Source of the DNA: an uncultured Candidatus Saccharibacteria bacterium
Lineage (GTDB): Bacteria; Patescibacteriota; Minisyncoccia; Phycocordibacterales; DSPV01
Direction: 5' to 3'
Assembly: GCA_964616075.1 (NCBI GenBank)
Contig: CAZTRA010000003.1
Location: 26,075 to 90,074 of the forward strand
Length of the DNA: 64,000 bases
A program made the position numbers and the translations under genes. Shown in pieces: positions 55,334-64,000 of this stretch (position 1 is the first letter of the stretch; each line of letters begins with the position of its first letter). The notes below the pieces were generated by a model, which saw only the letters and a program-made list of their open reading frames with translations, ran no database searches and was not told where the DNA came from.

Positions 55334-56556
55334 CCGTACAATGTCGGAAGTGAACCCATTATAGTAAAACAGGTGATACCTGCATATACGGCACAAATAC
55401 CGGCCGCTGGAGTAAATAACCCTAAATAAAATCCTCCTGGTACTGTAGAACCCGTAATTGGCACAAAACCTGGAGGAAAATAAACCAAACCACCACCGCC
55501 ACTACCACCAAAAAGAGTAAGAAGATTGAGAGTACCTCCTCCGCAGGTACAGACCATAACAATCGACGCATTAAGTCCACCTCCTGAAAGCTGAGCTTCT
55601 GCCTTTTGTGGAACCACACTTACACGAGAAAAAAGTTTTGTTGTGTTTTCGAAAAATCCACTCAATCCACCTTCAAACAGAACATGTCGGGCGGCACGTA
55701 ATAATAATTTTTGATTTTCTGTAGATCCGTTACTATTACTAACACTCACATGAAACAAATCATCAAGATCGTAGAGTGATTTACCGTTTTTTGCCAACAT
55801 GGTCGCTAAATCAACTTCATTTTTCATATCCTTATATGGCCGTACCACATCCTCAAGCGTTGCTCCTGCCGCTCGAACAGGTGTCTCTATTTGAGACAAA
55901 ATATCAGTCGGAAGGGCTCGCAATTCTTCAAGTGTCATCGTACGAGCAACAGGGGCCTTATATTGAAATACGATCGTTTTCCCATCAACAGAAGGAATAT
56001 TCTCAAATGTTCGTACCAAAAGACCAGAACCGATATCTATTTTGTTACCTGTTGGAGTAAAACCGTCACCGGTAATAGTCACCATATCTCCTGAGCGCAC
56101 TCGGGTAGGTGAAATAGCTGTTATCACAATTTTTTTTGAAGTAGTTGCCGTCTTCATTTCTGATAGCTTTGTTTTTATGGGTTTAGTTTCACCCTGTGTC
56201 ACAATCGAAGTAATAAACCGTTGTTCAAAACTTTGCAATTTTGCCCGCGTTAATGTGCCCACATATCCCGTAGCGGTAACCAGACCAGCAGGATCTAAAA
56301 TCTCCTTTTTATACTTATTCTGAAAACGAACAACTGCATCATTCGTTCGTGTACCAAAATAATCAGTTTCTTGCCCTGGAGAACCTGGGCCAGAAGAAGT
56401 AACATATGTATCAGGATCTGTATTAAGGACTATCTGTAACGCGCGGACATCTGGCCCACGATCACCAATTTTTAAATTCCGCACAAACGCCGCCTCTGTA
56501 ACAAAAGGAAGTACTATAACGCACCACAGGAAAACAAGAACAATAACACGCTTCAT
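55321..56556 (-). CDS. Secreted peptidoglycan-binding protein with IPT/TIG-like domain and Gly/Cys-rich C-terminal module
   Basis: Signal peptide; RNLK.G..G.DV..LQ..LN...YFG..T..AV.RFQ...G.VG.LTR; ITAISP...GD.VTITG.GF. Confidence 0.85.
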   Translation of the reverse strand: MKRVIVLVFLWCVIVLPFVTEAAFVRNLKIGDRGPDVRALQIVLNTDPDTYVTSSGPGSPGQETDYFGTRTNDAVVRFQNKYKKEILDPAGLVTATGYVGTLTRAKLQSFEQRFITSIVTQGETKPIKTKLSEMKTATTSKKIVITAISPTRVRSGDMVTITGDGFTPTGNKIDIGSGLLVRTFENIPSVDGKTIVFQYKAPVARTMTLEELRALPTDILSQIETPVRAAGATLEDVVRPYKDMKNEVDLATMLAKNGKSLYDLDDLFHVSVSNSNGSTENQKLLLRAARHVLFEGGLSGFFENTTKLFSRVSVVPQKAEAQLSGGGLNASIVMVCTCGGGTLNLLTLFGGSGGGGLVYFPPGFVPITGSTVPGGFYLGLFTPAAGICAVYAGITCFTIMGSLPTLYGQSI

Positions 56557-56633
56557 AAGAATATTTTATTATTCTACCTCTAAACTGTTTGAAATTCGAT
56601 AAAGGAAAGTGATAAAAAGGGTATAATGCTAGT

Positions 56634-57584
56634 ATGAAGGGAAAACTTATACTTACCTCAATACTTATTGGTATATTTTTTGTCACCGGAGCATTATTTA
56701 TCACCGCGATTAATGGTACAGCCACCACACAGTCCACCGAGACGCAACACGCTGTTTTAGACAAGACCGCACAAGCATTCGCTGCAACTTATGAAGATAG
56801 TGATAGTGATGATTTATCAGATTGGGAGGAGCGTTTATGGAAAAGCGATCCTTTAAAATCAGATACTGATGGCGATGGAACAAATGATGGTGAGGAAATT
56901 AAACAAAAACGAGACCCGACAACAGCTGGGCCACAAGACACTATAAGCTCACTCATAGCCAGCTCTACAAACAAAACAAAAAGTGTTGAAGAATCTCCTT
57001 TTATGAAAGGTTCTTTTGCTGAATCATTCGCACAAACATACATTGCTATGGGACAAGGGGCCCCGTGGTCAGAAAAACAAAAAATTGAACTTGCGGAAAA
57101 GCTGCTAACAGAAATACAAGGAAACGATGTTTTACAAACCAAAAAGGTTCTCTCTTTACAACAACTCACGCGCACTGATAGTAATACACAGCAGTCATAT
57201 GGCGCATATGCATCGGGATTTAAAGAGCGCCTGAAAGAGAATCGCCCAACAGAGCCAGAAAATGAAGCAGTAGTATTACAACGAGGGCTTGAAACAAAAA
57301 ACCGTATTGATTTTGAAAAATTAGGAGCAATTGCTCTCTCCCACGAGAAAACTGCAGACGCGTTATCTCTACTTCCCACACCATCAGGGCTTGCCGTTGT
57401 TCACCTTGAACTCATTAACGCTTTCTATGATATTTCAATCGCAGTCTATGGAATGCAACGTGCTCAAAATGACCCCATTGCTGGACTTGCTGGAATTCAA
57501 CGGTATGCTCCTGCACAACAACGACTTGCCGCGGCTTTGATATCTTTAAACAACGAACTTAAGAAGAACGGCGTATCATTGTAA
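56634..57584 (+). CDS. Membrane-anchored protein with Ca-binding DxDxDG (TSP3-like) repeats
   Basis: DSDSDDLSDWEE...DP...DTDGDG.NDGEE. Confidence 0.85.
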   Translation: MKGKLILTSILIGIFFVTGALFITAINGTATTQSTETQHAVLDKTAQAFAATYEDSDSDDLSDWEERLWKSDPLKSDTDGDGTNDGEEIKQKRDPTTAGPQDTISSLIASSTNKTKSVEESPFMKGSFAESFAQTYIAMGQGAPWSEKQKIELAEKLLTEIQGNDVLQTKKVLSLQQLTRTDSNTQQSYGAYASGFKERLKENRPTEPENEAVVLQRGLETKNRIDFEKLGAIALSHEKTADALSLLPTPSGLAVVHLELINAFYDISIAVYGMQRAQNDPIAGLAGIQRYAPAQQRLAAALISLNNELKKNGVSL

Positions 57585-57648
57585 GACACTTACAAAAACA
57601 GTAATACACAACTAGAAAAAATTAGGACACCTCATCGAGGTATAATGA

Positions 57649-59937
57649 GTGGTGCATTTCATGAGAGCGCTCCTAACATTGGCGAAGGATTTACTAAGAC
57701 ATATCAATCTTTCTGCATTGATGGTCCTTGTTTTTCTTTTTTCGGCAATAATGTGTAATCCAAAATCGGTCCTTGCTGGTTTTGTTCCAGTATTAGACAG
57801 CGCGGTTGTTGCAGAACTCTCAGCGCTTAATGCCATACAAGCAGAGCAGGCTGCCATGAGTACGCAACTCACCTTAAAAGAAATTTTGCTTGACGGTGTT
57901 GTATTCGGACTTATTAACACTTTAATTGATCAATTAGGAAACGAGGTGGTCAACTGGATTAATAGTGGTTTTGAAGATACTCCAATGTTTGTTCAGGATC
58001 CTGGAGGGTTTATGTTAAATGCAGCAGATCAAGCCAGTGGCAGACTCATCGCCGAAATGGGTCTTGAAAACTTTATCTGTGACCCTTTCATGCTTCCCTC
58101 ATTACAACTTGCACTGAACCTAAATTTCGGCGTAAACACCGGACGTTGGCAAAGAGATTACTACTGTACATTTAGTCGAGCAAAAAATATTCACTCAGAA
58201 ACCTTTATGAGGGGTGATTTTGCTGGTGGTGGAGGATGGGACGCGTGGGTTGATATGTCAGTCCGAAATCAAAATGTAATCGGTGCATCAGGTGCTGCTG
58301 GCCTTATGATGGATAGACGTATCGCTACAATTCTTGGCATAGAGCAAGATAAGCTCAACTGGAATAAAGGCTTCTTCTCTGCGACAAATATTGAAGGCTA
58401 TATCAAAACACCTGGAACTGTCATTGAAAACAAATTAAACGACACCTTTGATTCAAGTTCACGTCGTATTGAGGTTGCTGATGAAATCAGTGAAATCATT
58501 GGGGCTCTCATTAATTTAGCAATGAAGAGCCTTATGACCGGCCTCGCATCAAACAGCAGCTCAGCTACCAACTACAGCGCTCAATACAGCGCTAATACCA
58601 CCTATTCAACCACTGATTACCAAAACCTTAAAGGAAGTGGTGTGTTATTACCTCCAGAGACTACGTCTAGCAATATACCAACATTCAGTGGAGGGCCCGC
58701 TGTAAACCAGATTTATGCGCAATCAAATTATCAGGGTCCTTTAATACATGACGACCATGGATGGCCAAACCGTATCCAATACGCAAGCCTCGCTACTGAT
58801 GGTAACAAAAATGCCCAGATGTATTATTCGAGCATGTCATACAACAACGACCCTACCGGAATGGCGTGGTGGAAGGGTGTTTTTGAAACAAGACAAAATT
58901 TTAGTGAATTAAAAATAACAACCGCACTTGATTACTACGATAGTCGTGATTGGAAGAATTGGGTTCGAACGGACAACTTACGACCTCGTTTTTATACCAT
59001 AAACCAAAATTCTGGTATTGAAACTGAAGTAGTTAACACAAAAGACGCTTCAGGAAATGTGGTCCCCATCACGTGTCGCATCCATTACATAAATTCGAGT
59101 GGAAATCCAGCAACTACCGCGGGTTGCATTTTACCTCTTTTGCGTGTTGAATCATTTCGTATAGAACTCGTTCACCCCGTATCAGCTGATGTGGTGCGCA
59201 TCGAACGTCCAAGATACCTCGCTTTAAACGAAATTGAGTTCTTTAGAAGAAGTGGTCCCTCATTTTTGGCGTCACAAAGCACTTCCACAACCATCGGATC
59301 AGTATTTAATCCATTCTTTGGTATTTCAGCTAAAGATATAAATGGTGTCGCAATACCAATAACCGCGGCTGTCACTGCTCCTTTTGCAAGCACTAGCTAT
59401 CTTACATATGCCCCTGATGGAACTATTCGACCGTTTATGTTAAACAACGGTAATATTGTTTCTTCTTCAAACACCCTAGGAAACTGGCGCTTTGTATACC
59501 TGGCAAGTGACGCGTACGGCATATTATCACAACCTATGGAGCGTATCATTACAGTTCGAGCACAAGCGACCGCCTCAAGAAAAGAACCTCTTATACTGAT
59601 TGACGGATCAATCCCAACCGCAACACAAACTATTGACATAAGTGGGCAATCAATGCTTGTTGCGATCGGCGATTCACTTACTATCACCAGGGGAGATTCT
59701 TTTGACCCGTTCCAAAAAATAAGCGCTCGTGACGCCGAGGGTACTTCCTATTCCGACTCAACAGTTCCGGGCATCCGAGTTACGTACTCTCGAAACGCCC
59801 CGGGCAGTAACACCTTTCTCTATGAGACCATATTTGATAGCAACAAACCGGGCACGTGGCGTGTCATTTTCGACTTTACTGATCGTTACGGCGCCACCGC
59901 ACTCCCAGTACTGCGAAGTGTGGTAGTAAACCCATAA
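57649..59937 (+). CDS. Large T4SS-locus exported protein (VirB5-like N-terminus, lectin-like and Ig-like C-terminal domains)
   Basis: Signal VLA|GFVPVLD; discoidin-like SLATDGN...WW...YLALNEIEFF; two Ig-like G..F.PF..ISA.D..G units; directly upstream of the VirB6-like gene. Confidence 0.7.
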   Translation: MVHFMRALLTLAKDLLRHINLSALMVLVFLFSAIMCNPKSVLAGFVPVLDSAVVAELSALNAIQAEQAAMSTQLTLKEILLDGVVFGLINTLIDQLGNEVVNWINSGFEDTPMFVQDPGGFMLNAADQASGRLIAEMGLENFICDPFMLPSLQLALNLNFGVNTGRWQRDYYCTFSRAKNIHSETFMRGDFAGGGGWDAWVDMSVRNQNVIGASGAAGLMMDRRIATILGIEQDKLNWNKGFFSATNIEGYIKTPGTVIENKLNDTFDSSSRRIEVADEISEIIGALINLAMKSLMTGLASNSSSATNYSAQYSANTTYSTTDYQNLKGSGVLLPPETTSSNIPTFSGGPAVNQIYAQSNYQGPLIHDDHGWPNRIQYASLATDGNKNAQMYYSSMSYNNDPTGMAWWKGVFETRQNFSELKITTALDYYDSRDWKNWVRTDNLRPRFYTINQNSGIETEVVNTKDASGNVVPITCRIHYINSSGNPATTAGCILPLLRVESFRIELVHPVSADVVRIERPRYLALNEIEFFRRSGPSFLASQSTSTTIGSVFNPFFGISAKDINGVAIPITAAVTAPFASTSYLTYAPDGTIRPFMLNNGNIVSSSNTLGNWRFVYLASDAYGILSQPMERIITVRAQATASRKEPLILIDGSIPTATQTIDISGQSMLVAIGDSLTITRGDSFDPFQKISARDAEGTSYSDSTVPGIRVTYSRNAPGSNTFLYETIFDSNKPGTWRVIFDFTDRYGATALPVLRSVVVNP

Positions 59938-59938
59938 C

Positions 59939-62041
59939 ATGAATATTTTTCTCACAAAAATAAAACAAGTGCGCACTTTCATACTCGGAATTCTTTTTTG
60001 TGCCTTAGCTCTAAGCCCAACTTCAGTCTTTGCTAACGCAGGATTTGTACCATTCGGCATTGAATGGATTGGGATCCCTTCTGCTATTGGTACCGCCATC
60101 ACCGCAGGTCTTTCATCTGCGGGAGACCTGATTATAGAAGCAGCTGCACTAAAGCTTTCAAGTCTTGCTGGTTTCTTGGTATGGCTTTCAGGAAAAATGC
60201 TTGATTGGATTGTAAATTTTACCATTATTGAAGGTGTCTCTTTATTAAACAATACTGGTATGTCAGGAGCCATTAATGAAACGTGGGTTGTCTTCCGTGA
60301 TCTGGGCAACATGTTCTTCATCTTTATTATCCTCTATTTGGCATTCCAACTCATTTTGGGTATCGGCAGCGGACACTGGCGCTCATTGGGATGGATTATT
60401 GTTATGGCTCTCGTCATAAACTTTTCTCTTTTCTTCACGAAAGTGATCATAGATACCTCCAACCTTCTCGCACTGACCTTCTACGAACCAGTATTTAAAG
60501 CAAAAGGGGGCGTAGCATTTACCTTCATGAGTCAGTTAGGGCTACAAACAATCTGGAATATTAACGACGCGAATTCGGTTGCTTCTCTTTTTGGAGCAAA
60601 TCAAACATCTGCGGGGAACAAAATTATTGTTCTTCTTGGCGCAACAACACTATCAGTTATTGTTGCCTTTATTTTCTTTGCCCTTTCAATATTACTTATT
60701 GTACGTTTTGCCTACCTCATTTTTTTGATGATTTTTTCTCCTCTTGCCTTTGCGTGCTATGTCATACCAGGAGCACGAGGCTATTTTGGCCAATGGTGGA
60801 ATAAACTTATTCAACAGGCATTTTTTGCTCCCGCCGTCTTTCTACTCCTTTTTGTTTCCTTCAAAATACTTGGTGGTGTTGTGACAACATTAGGAAATTT
60901 GGGAAGTTTTGGATCACTTCTAGTAACATTCGACTCAAAATCATTGCCTATTCTGTTTAACTTTGGACTTACTATCGTTATGTTCCTCTATTCACTCACC
61001 CTTGCTATGAATATGGGTATGGTGGGAGCACAAACAACCATCGCGTGGGGCAAGTCTCTCAACACACGATTCAATAAAAGCCTTAAGTCTGGGGGTTCGT
61101 TTATTGGAAGAAATACCGTGGGAGCTTTGGCGCGCTACGCATCGGAACAAGAGGGGGTAAAAAGGTTTGCGCGCATTAGCCCAACAACCGGCCAACTTAT
61201 GTATGACGGTCTCAACAAGTTGCAGGGGGTTGGGGGTAAGGGAAAAACATTGGCCGACGTTGAGGACGAGGCTGTTAAAAAACAGACCAAATTCATTGGG
61301 TGGGCAACATCTTCAGCCCCAATTAGACCAAAATGGTTTTCAAACCTGACACCTGAAGAAAAAGGTGAACAAAAACCAGAAGAAAAACTCTCAAACCAAG
61401 AAACAGCAGCACTTACCGCCCTTAAAGAGCACTCTGGGGCAGTAGCCAGGGAACGTTCCACCGCTCAGGCAAAATTAAGCGAACTCAAAGCTGAACAAAA
61501 AATTATCCAGGATCGACTCACACTCATTAAAACAAACCCTCTTAAAGCAGCTACCGATTACGCCGCTGATCTTCCTGTTGGAAAAAACTTAGGTCAACTT
61601 CAGTCAGAATTAGAGACACGGGCACAAACACTGATTACATCCATCACTGATATGGAAAAACACAGCAACGATTTACAAGAATCTCTCGCGGTTGCCGAAG
61701 GGCGTAAGCAAGATCTTATCGCTCGAGGACAATCCCGACTAGATGATGAAAAAAGAGCGGGGGACAGAAAAGATGAGGAACAAAAAGAAAAACTTGATGA
61801 AATAGGTAAAAGAATGGGCACATCAGTGTCTCCACAAACCAGAGCATTGTGGAAAAAGTCTTTTGATACCTATAGTGATGGGATAAAAAAGAGACAAAAC
61901 AAAAAGAAACAGCAACAAAACAAGAGTACAAATAATACAGGGGAGGTCTTGAATATAAATGACATAGATTCGTTTGAAGATTTACCTGAAGAAATTCAAG
62001 ATCTTGCAAAAAAGGCATTAGATAAGAACAAAACCACGTAA
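59939..62041 (+). CDS. VirB6/TrbL-like polytopic T4SS membrane protein with C-terminal coiled coil
   Basis: W..FRD.GN.FFIF, AL.INFSLF, R...L..L.IFSPLAF....P......WW..L. Confidence 0.8.
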   Translation: MNIFLTKIKQVRTFILGILFCALALSPTSVFANAGFVPFGIEWIGIPSAIGTAITAGLSSAGDLIIEAAALKLSSLAGFLVWLSGKMLDWIVNFTIIEGVSLLNNTGMSGAINETWVVFRDLGNMFFIFIILYLAFQLILGIGSGHWRSLGWIIVMALVINFSLFFTKVIIDTSNLLALTFYEPVFKAKGGVAFTFMSQLGLQTIWNINDANSVASLFGANQTSAGNKIIVLLGATTLSVIVAFIFFALSILLIVRFAYLIFLMIFSPLAFACYVIPGARGYFGQWWNKLIQQAFFAPAVFLLLFVSFKILGGVVTTLGNLGSFGSLLVTFDSKSLPILFNFGLTIVMFLYSLTLAMNMGMVGAQTTIAWGKSLNTRFNKSLKSGGSFIGRNTVGALARYASEQEGVKRFARISPTTGQLMYDGLNKLQGVGGKGKTLADVEDEAVKKQTKFIGWATSSAPIRPKWFSNLTPEEKGEQKPEEKLSNQETAALTALKEHSGAVARERSTAQAKLSELKAEQKIIQDRLTLIKTNPLKAATDYAADLPVGKNLGQLQSELETRAQTLITSITDMEKHSNDLQESLAVAEGRKQDLIARGQSRLDDEKRAGDRKDEEQKEKLDEIGKRMGTSVSPQTRALWKKSFDTYSDGIKKRQNKKKQQQNKSTNNTGEVLNINDIDSFEDLPEEIQDLAKKALDKNKTT

Positions 62042-62045
62042 TACT

Positions 62046-62807
62046 ATGCCAAACGATCTCATCACTATTGTCCGAGAAAATATCACCCATGGACCAAGTG
62101 ATATTCAGCTACTCGTCACGGCACCAGAAATAGACCGTGTACCACAATCTATTGGACAAAAATACATGTTTGATCAGGAGGATACTCTGATTATAAAAAA
62201 TGCCGCAATTTTAACACTTGCTGGTATATTACCTCCACAAGATATCCCCGCGCACCTCAGTGATGTATTAAACTTATCCAATGCTCAATCACGAGAGATC
62301 GCCGAAGAGCTTGATATGAAATTATTTGCAAGAGTCAGAGTATCTCTTGATAGTCTCTATTCAAATATTGAGTTAAAAAAACCTGAGTTGATACTCCCTC
62401 CACCTCCACCTCCGCCACCAGCTGCACGCCGCGCAATTCCCACACACACCATCGTTTCCACACCCAACAATCAATCTGTACGTCCTGTAGATATCAATAC
62501 TGGTATACAAACAACAATCAAAACAATTACCCCTTTGCCGAAACCTACCTTACAAACAAACACTGATACACAAATTAAAAAAACACCTTTTAACACACCA
62601 GCTCTCACGTTGCCCACTACTCCACCTGCGACCTCTGATAACATGGGAACAAAGGGGTCTTCCATAAACACCGACCTTAGTGATGATATTTTATCTGCAA
62701 AACTTTCAAAACCTATAAATAATCCTTCATCAAACGAAAAAGCAATTGGTAAAGGATTAAAAGCTCGCACTTATCACATTGACCCCTATAGAGAACCCGT
62801 GGAATAG
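62046..62807 (+). CDS. Hypothetical Pro-rich protein of the T4SS locus
   Basis: Helical N-domain, poly-Pro linker, C-terminal DPYREP. Confidence 0.8.
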   Translation: MPNDLITIVRENITHGPSDIQLLVTAPEIDRVPQSIGQKYMFDQEDTLIIKNAAILTLAGILPPQDIPAHLSDVLNLSNAQSREIAEELDMKLFARVRVSLDSLYSNIELKKPELILPPPPPPPPAARRAIPTHTIVSTPNNQSVRPVDINTGIQTTIKTITPLPKPTLQTNTDTQIKKTPFNTPALTLPTTPPATSDNMGTKGSSINTDLSDDILSAKLSKPINNPSSNEKAIGKGLKARTYHIDPYREPVE

Positions 62808-62847
62808 ACACCCCACAAAACATTTCACATGTTAAAATGGTGTTATT

Positions 62848-63288
62848 GTGCGATTTCAAGTACCCCAATATATCGAAGTTGAAGATAAAATTTTTGGGCC
62901 ATTAACACTCAAACAATTTTTGTATCTTATTGGTAGTGGCGGCATGGCATTCGTTGCTTACCGTTTTCTTGGTTTATTTATAGGTTTACTTATTGGTATT
63001 CCTATTCTTATTTTTGGTTTACTTCTTGCGTTCTATAAACACAACCACAAACCATTTGTGTTTTTAGTGGAAGCTGCACTTAGATACACCGCTAAACAAA
63101 AACTTTATCTCTGGAGAAAAATTGATAAACCCACTATTAGCCAGCAATCTTCAAATTCCCAAACACCGCTCTTTGTTCCAAAATTGTCACAAGATAAACT
63201 AAAAGATGTAACATGGGGCATAGCTACAAAAGAAAATATTTTAACCGAGCACGCTCCAGGAAAAAACATCTCTTCAACACAGATATAA
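62848..63288 (+). CDS. PrgI-family (VirB3-like) protein
   Basis: F.VPQYIEVEDKIFGPLTLKQF.Y plus two TM segments. Confidence 0.9.
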   Translation: MRFQVPQYIEVEDKIFGPLTLKQFLYLIGSGGMAFVAYRFLGLFIGLLIGIPILIFGLLLAFYKHNHKPFVFLVEAALRYTAKQKLYLWRKIDKPTISQQSSNSQTPLFVPKLSQDKLKDVTWGIATKENILTEHAPGKNISSTQI

Positions 63289-63292
63289 TCTT

Positions 63293-63910
63293 ATGGCACT
63301 AAAAGCAAATCCTTCTCAAAAATTTGTTCCTTTAAAAGAAATACGGGATGGTATCGCAACACTTAACGATGGTGGGTTGCGAGCGGTGCTTATGACGTCT
63401 TCTATTAATTTCGCCCTCAAATCAACAGAAAACCAGGAGGCGATTATTCTTCAATTTCAAAACTTTTTAAACTCTCTTGATTTCTCACTACAAATCGTTA
63501 TCCAGTCTCGTCGACTCGACATACGACCTTATATTGCGCTTTTAAATGAAAGAAAAAAAGCCCAAACAAATGAATTAATGAAACTCCAAATAAATGAGTA
63601 TATGGAGTTCATTACATCATTCACAGAAGCGACAAATATTATGACCAAAAGCTTTTTTGTAATCGTCCCCTACACACCCACCCTTCAAATCGCCCCCTCT
63701 ATCGGTTTATTTGGAAAGAAAAACGATAATGAAGATACAAAAAAAATAACCCCCTTTGAGGAGGGTCGCTCTCAACTTGAACAACGTATGTCAGTAGTTG
63801 AACAAGGATTAGCCCGTTGCGGTTTGCGCGTTGTTCGTTTAGGAACCGAAGAAGCAACTGAACTTTTTTATCGACTTTTTAATCCAGGAGAGAAAGAAAA
63901 ATCTCTTTAA
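63293..63910 (+). CDS. VirB4-associated (TraC N-terminal-like) T4SS protein
   Basis: INF.LKS..EQ.AII..FQ.FLNSLDF..QI..QSR.L.I.PY; follows PrgI. Confidence 0.75.
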   Translation: MALKANPSQKFVPLKEIRDGIATLNDGGLRAVLMTSSINFALKSTENQEAIILQFQNFLNSLDFSLQIVIQSRRLDIRPYIALLNERKKAQTNELMKLQINEYMEFITSFTEATNIMTKSFFVIVPYTPTLQIAPSIGLFGKKNDNEDTKKITPFEEGRSQLEQRMSVVEQGLARCGLRVVRLGTEEATELFYRLFNPGEKEKSL

Positions 63911-63924
63911 TACATCTTATCTAT

Positions 63925-64000
63925 ATGGGATTTCTTGATGCGATATTTAACAAAAAAACTACCGAGGGTAGTACACCAATTCCTTTATTACCACAGGAAG
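63925..64000 (+). CDS. 5' end of next gene, probably VirB4-like ATPase (partial)
   Basis: ATG 14 nt after previous stop, MGFLDAIFNKKTTEGSTPIPLLPQE, open to window end; identity inferred from gene order only. Confidence 0.5.
   Translation, partial: MGFLDAIFNKKTTEGSTPIPLLPQE

Noticed and set aside
56789-57379. 196-aa and other long antisense ORFs (e.g. 19833-20312, 49574-50128, 59758-60321)
   Set aside because: Antisense shadows of well-supported genes with no recognisable motifs
1-64000. Alternative genetic code (TGA = Gly)
   Set aside because: Conserved genes are full length under code 11 and TGA ends yraN and comM at the expected positions

Overview
Chromosomal window of a Patescibacteria (CPR, Parcubacteria-like) bacterium. 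It uses genetic code 11, is gene-dense, and mostly lacks Shine-Dalgarno sites. Left to right: a fragmented str cluster (tuf 5' end, orphan ORF, fusA, rpsG, rpsL); rpmB; split ComEC with a SOD gene between the halves; rnhA, recJ, capA-like, HIT, pgk, tpiA; a type IV pilus cluster; a 1538-aa repeat surface protein; nusA, ppa, tig, rsmE, clpP, rny, HU; four tRNAs; mutY-like, cca, xth, Xer recombinase; rpsO-NYN-pnp; dksA-like, comM, LysM/M23, pcrA, rsmA; and the start of the Patescibacteria-type T4SS locus (VirB6, PrgI, VirB4-associated). The most unusual signals are: an EF-Tu with a non-canonical, PVC-like switch I plus a secreted protein with a Verrucomicrobia-like tail; an S12 lacking the conserved decoding-loop Pro; a VirB5-like protein carrying lectin/Ig-like domains; boxA-like elements ahead of orphan transcription units; a parS cluster; a repeated TGGCTT-N4-AAGCCA palindrome; and structured leaders on nusA, rny and pnp. 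No CRISPR array, IS element or prophage was seen. All family calls come from motif recognition by eye, with no database search.
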